DNA from: Syntrophomonadaceae bacterium
GTDB lineage: Bacteria > Bacillota > Dethiobacteria > SKNC01
Assembly (NCBI GenBank): GCA_003555415.1
Contig: PWHX01000012.1
Coordinates: 13,053-77,052 of the forward strand
Reading direction: 5' to 3'
DNA: 64,000 bases
The notes below the pieces were generated by a model. It was not told where the DNA came from, made no database searches, and saw only the letters and a program-made list of their open reading frames with translations. The position numbers were made by a program, and so were the translations under genes. Below are positions 61,497-64,000 of the stretch, one piece after another. Each line of letters starts with the position of its first letter. The first letter of the stretch is position 1.

Positions 61497-62994
61497 AGAA
61501 GTAGCTATAGGTATTGGAGCTGCATTATTGGTTATATTGTTTCAACAGGGGGTTAATATTATGCCCTGGTTTTTCATGGTGGGATTGGTGTTCGTACTTT
61601 ATTACCTGGTTGGCTCTAAAGGCGGGAATAAAAGTTTTGCCATGATAAATAGCAGTAAGGATAAGAATAAAGTAGAGAAGATTAATTTTGATCGTATAGG
61701 GGGAAACGCTTCAGCAAAAAAGGAACTGCTTGAAGCTCTAGAGTTTATTCGCAACCCTAAAAAGGTAGTATCAATGGGTATCCGTCCCCTGAAAGGAATT
61801 TTACTTGATGGCCCTCCAGGGACGGGCAAAACCCTTTTGGCCAAAGCTGCTGCCAGCTATACGGAGTCTGTTTTTTTATCTGCTTCAGGAAGTGAATTTA
61901 TTGAAGTATACGCAGGAGTGGGAGCCCAGAGGGTAAGGCAGATATTCAACCAGGCCAGGGAAACGGCCAAGAAAGAAAAGAAAAACAGCGCTATAGTATT
62001 CATTGATGAAATAGAAATACTTGGAGGAAAACGAGGAACACATGGCAGCCACCTGGAATACGACCAGACTTTAAACCAGTTGCTGGTTGAAATGGATGGG
62101 ATTAATTATTACGACGAGGTAAAGCTTTTGGTTATTGGAGCTACCAACCGTTCAGAGCTCCTGGATTCTGCTATAGTCAGGCCGGGACGTTTTGACCGGA
62201 TAGTCAATGTAGATCTTCCAGATATAGACGGTAGAGAACAGATACTGAGCCTGCACACTGTAAATAAACCCCTGGACGAAGATGTAGATTTAAAAACAAT
62301 AGCCCGAGAGACCTTTGGCTTTTCCGGAGCTCACCTGGAAAGTGTAGCTAACGAAGCGGCTATTCTTGCTTTTAGAGAAAATAATAAAATTATATCACAA
62401 AAGTACTTTATAGAAGCTGTAGATAAAGTAATGATGGGAGAAAAAATGGACAGAAAACCTGATAAGGAAGAAATGCGAAGGATAGCAATCCATGAAACGG
62501 GACATGCTCTGATTAGTGAAATTGTTCGTCCCGGTTCTGTTTCTAGTATTACTACTTCTTCCCGAGGAAAAGCTCTGGGTTATATGAGACAAACTCCGGA
62601 AAAGGACCTTCATCTTTATACCAGAGATTACCTTGAGGGTCAGGTAGACATTCTTTTAGCCGGATCCATTGCAGAAGAAGAGATTATGGGTAGCAGGAGC
62701 ACCGGTGCTTCCTCAGATTTCCAGCAGGCTATAAATATAACAAAGCAAATTATTAGTTCCGGGATGTCAAGTTTAGGAGTGGTGAGCTTAAAAGAAGTTC
62801 CTGCTACGATGCTCCATGATACCGTAACTAAAATTATAGAAAAAGAGGAAACAAAGGTTCGAGATACTGTTAATCGTTATAAAGATCTCGTAAAAGAGGT
62901 AGCACATTATCTTTTAGAACAGGAAAAAATCTCTGGAGATAAATTAAGGCAATTGCTTGGCGTATATAAGAAAACAATAAAGGTAAGCAGCTAG
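61480..62994 (+). CDS. short FtsH-like AAA+ ATPase / M41 zinc metalloprotease (no extracytoplasmic domain)
   Basis: 504-aa ORF with two closely spaced N-terminal TM helices, Walker A GPPGTGKT, Walker B IVFIDEIE, SRH ATNRSELLDSAIVRPGRFDR, and zinc motif HETGHAL. Confidence 0.85.
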   Translation: MIALIKEVAIGIGAALLVILFQQGVNIMPWFFMVGLVFVLYYLVGSKGGNKSFAMINSSKDKNKVEKINFDRIGGNASAKKELLEALEFIRNPKKVVSMGIRPLKGILLDGPPGTGKTLLAKAAASYTESVFLSASGSEFIEVYAGVGAQRVRQIFNQARETAKKEKKNSAIVFIDEIEILGGKRGTHGSHLEYDQTLNQLLVEMDGINYYDEVKLLVIGATNRSELLDSAIVRPGRFDRIVNVDLPDIDGREQILSLHTVNKPLDEDVDLKTIARETFGFSGAHLESVANEAAILAFRENNKIISQKYFIEAVDKVMMGEKMDRKPDKEEMRRIAIHETGHALISEIVRPGSVSSITTSSRGKALGYMRQTPEKDLHLYTRDYLEGQVDILLAGSIAEEEIMGSRSTGASSDFQQAINITKQIISSGMSSLGVVSLKEVPATMLHDTVTKIIEKEETKVRDTVNRYKDLVKEVAHYLLEQEKISGDKLRQLLGVYKKTIKVSS

Positions 62995-63018
62995 AGAGGC
63001 TGCTTACCTTTATTGTTT
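62980..63018 (+). terminator. intrinsic terminator overlapping the FtsH-like stop codon
   Basis: 12-bp perfect stem AAGGTAAGCAGC/GCTGCTTACCTT with the TAG stop in the loop, followed by TATTGTTT. Confidence 0.8.
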
Positions 63019-63085
63019 GCAAAAATATTTTGGAAGGGTTACAATTTAGTCTAAAAGGTAAAAATGTAGTTAAGGAGAGTCAAAG

Positions 63086-63586
63086 TTGAAGGCAGACACC
63101 GTAAATGAAGAAACTATAAAAGAAGTAGTAGCCCGGCTGCTTTTTAAAAGCAATTATACTCTGGTTGTTGCAGAGTCTTGCACCGGCGGCTTGCTGGCCG
63201 ATAAACTTACTGATATCCCCGGCAGCTCTAATTATTTTTTGCTAGGAATAACCTGTTATAGCAATGAAGCAAAAATGGAATTATTAAAAGTGCCTCAGGA
63301 AACAATAGATACTGCGGGTGCTGTGAGTGAAGAAACAGCCAGGGCTATGGCGGACAACATTCGCAGCCTGGCTTTTGCTGACCTTGCTTTATCTACTACG
63401 GGTTATGCTGGCCCTGGAGATAGCCCTCTGGAGCCCATAGGATTAGTTTATGTGGGTATGGCCACCCCTGAAGGCACTTTCTGCCGGAGATTTAATTTCC
63501 AGGGGGATAGAAGAAGTATTAAAAAGCAGGCGGGTAATAGTGCTTTAAATATGATCAGGCTTTACCTGGAGGGCTCCTTGGAATGA
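63086..63586 (+). CDS. CinA C-terminal domain protein (nicotinamide-nucleotide amidase PncC-like), stand-alone
   Basis: 166-aa ORF with AESCTGGLLA, VSEETARAMA, STTGYAGP and VYVG motifs. The N-terminal MoCF-type domain of full-length CinA is absent. Confidence 0.88.
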   Translation: MKADTVNEETIKEVVARLLFKSNYTLVVAESCTGGLLADKLTDIPGSSNYFLLGITCYSNEAKMELLKVPQETIDTAGAVSEETARAMADNIRSLAFADLALSTTGYAGPGDSPLEPIGLVYVGMATPEGTFCRRFNFQGDRRSIKKQAGNSALNMIRLYLEGSLE

Positions 63587-63631
63587 TTCAGTAATACTTC
63601 CCTTTCCAACTTTGTTAAAAAAGGTGATTAG

Positions 63632-64000
63632 ATGGACTATCGCTACTACTACTTAAAGGTAGGAATTATAGCCACTATAGGGATGATCGTTTTTGTAAGC
63701 TTTCTAGGGAATGTAGCGATTCCCATGAGTGCTTTGGAGCTGGAATTGAATATTCAATTATTTAGCCAGGGATATACCGAGGTGGTTATTCCTCCTTTTG
63801 GTACAGTCAGGGCTCAAACTCATATTTCTCCCCTGCAGTTTCAGGTAATACTGCAAAATATTAATTTGGATTTGCTTCAGGAAGCTATCCCCGACTTATC
63901 TAAGGAGGAGTTTATAGGTCAGCTTCAAAAACAAATCATGTCTTATCTATACTATTTCTTTTTTCGAATTATGGCTTTAGGATTCCTTGGTGGTGCTGCA
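63632..64000 (+). CDS. hypothetical membrane protein, 3' end cut by the window edge
   Basis: ATG at 63632 lies 6 nt after AAGGTGA. The frame stays open to the window end (MDYRYYYLKVGIIATIGMIVFVSFLG...). It is not in the ORF track because it has no stop codon. Confidence 0.55.
   Translation, partial: MDYRYYYLKVGIIATIGMIVFVSFLGNVAIPMSALELELNIQLFSQGYTEVVIPPFGTVRAQTHISPLQFQVILQNINLDLLQEAIPDLSKEEFIGQLQKQIMSYLYYFFFRIMALGFLGGAA

Overview
AT-rich, gene-dense chromosomal segment with about 62 protein-coding genes. I saw no rRNA, tRNA, CRISPR array, transposase or prophage gene. Every gene but one is on the + strand. The gene order is the conserved housekeeping backbone of an endospore-forming Firmicute; the organism itself is not identified. 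The backbone runs: tandem M42 peptidases; a pantothenate operon (DUF2520 oxidoreductase-panB-panC-panD); a KamA-family aminomutase; dprA-topA-trmFO-xerC-hslV-hslU-codY; rpsB-tsf-pyrH-frr; uppS-cdsA-dxr-rseP-ispG; rimP-nusA-ylxR-infB-DUF503-rbfA-nrnA-truB-ribF-rpsO-pnp; two polysaccharide deacetylases plus VanW; dut; ymxH; dpaA-dpaB-dapA; rnj; tepA-ylzJ; ftsK/spoIIIE-rodZ-rimO-pgsA; and a cinA C-terminal-domain gene. Compared with the Bacillus subtilis order (from memory, not searched), several small inserts interrupt this backbone. (i) The only minus-strand gene, a class V fructose-1,6-bisphosphate aldolase/phosphatase, lies divergent from a two-gene sufC/sufBD module. (ii) A CheB-CheR-PAS fusion protein plus a PAS hybrid histidine kinase are followed by a Na/Pi cotransporter and uppP. 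(iii) An unknown membrane protein is translationally coupled to a short FtsH-like AAA/M41 protease. The most interesting candidate is the orphan CheB-CheR-PAS/hybrid-kinase pair. Its central coiled coil is a run of exact heptads, EE[L/Y]xxxN, and three of them match the classical MCP methylation half-site EExx[A/S/T][S/A], so the protein may carry its own methyl-accepting helix. Other points of interest: a KamA-family enzyme with the glutamate (not lysine) 2,3-aminomutase substrate signature; a promoter-leader-terminator arrangement ahead of the pan operon; a structured element between frr and uppS; degenerate NodB catalytic motifs; and three SD-led mini-ORFs abutting downstream start codons. 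All calls come from reading the sequence and translations by eye. No database search or folding computation was run.
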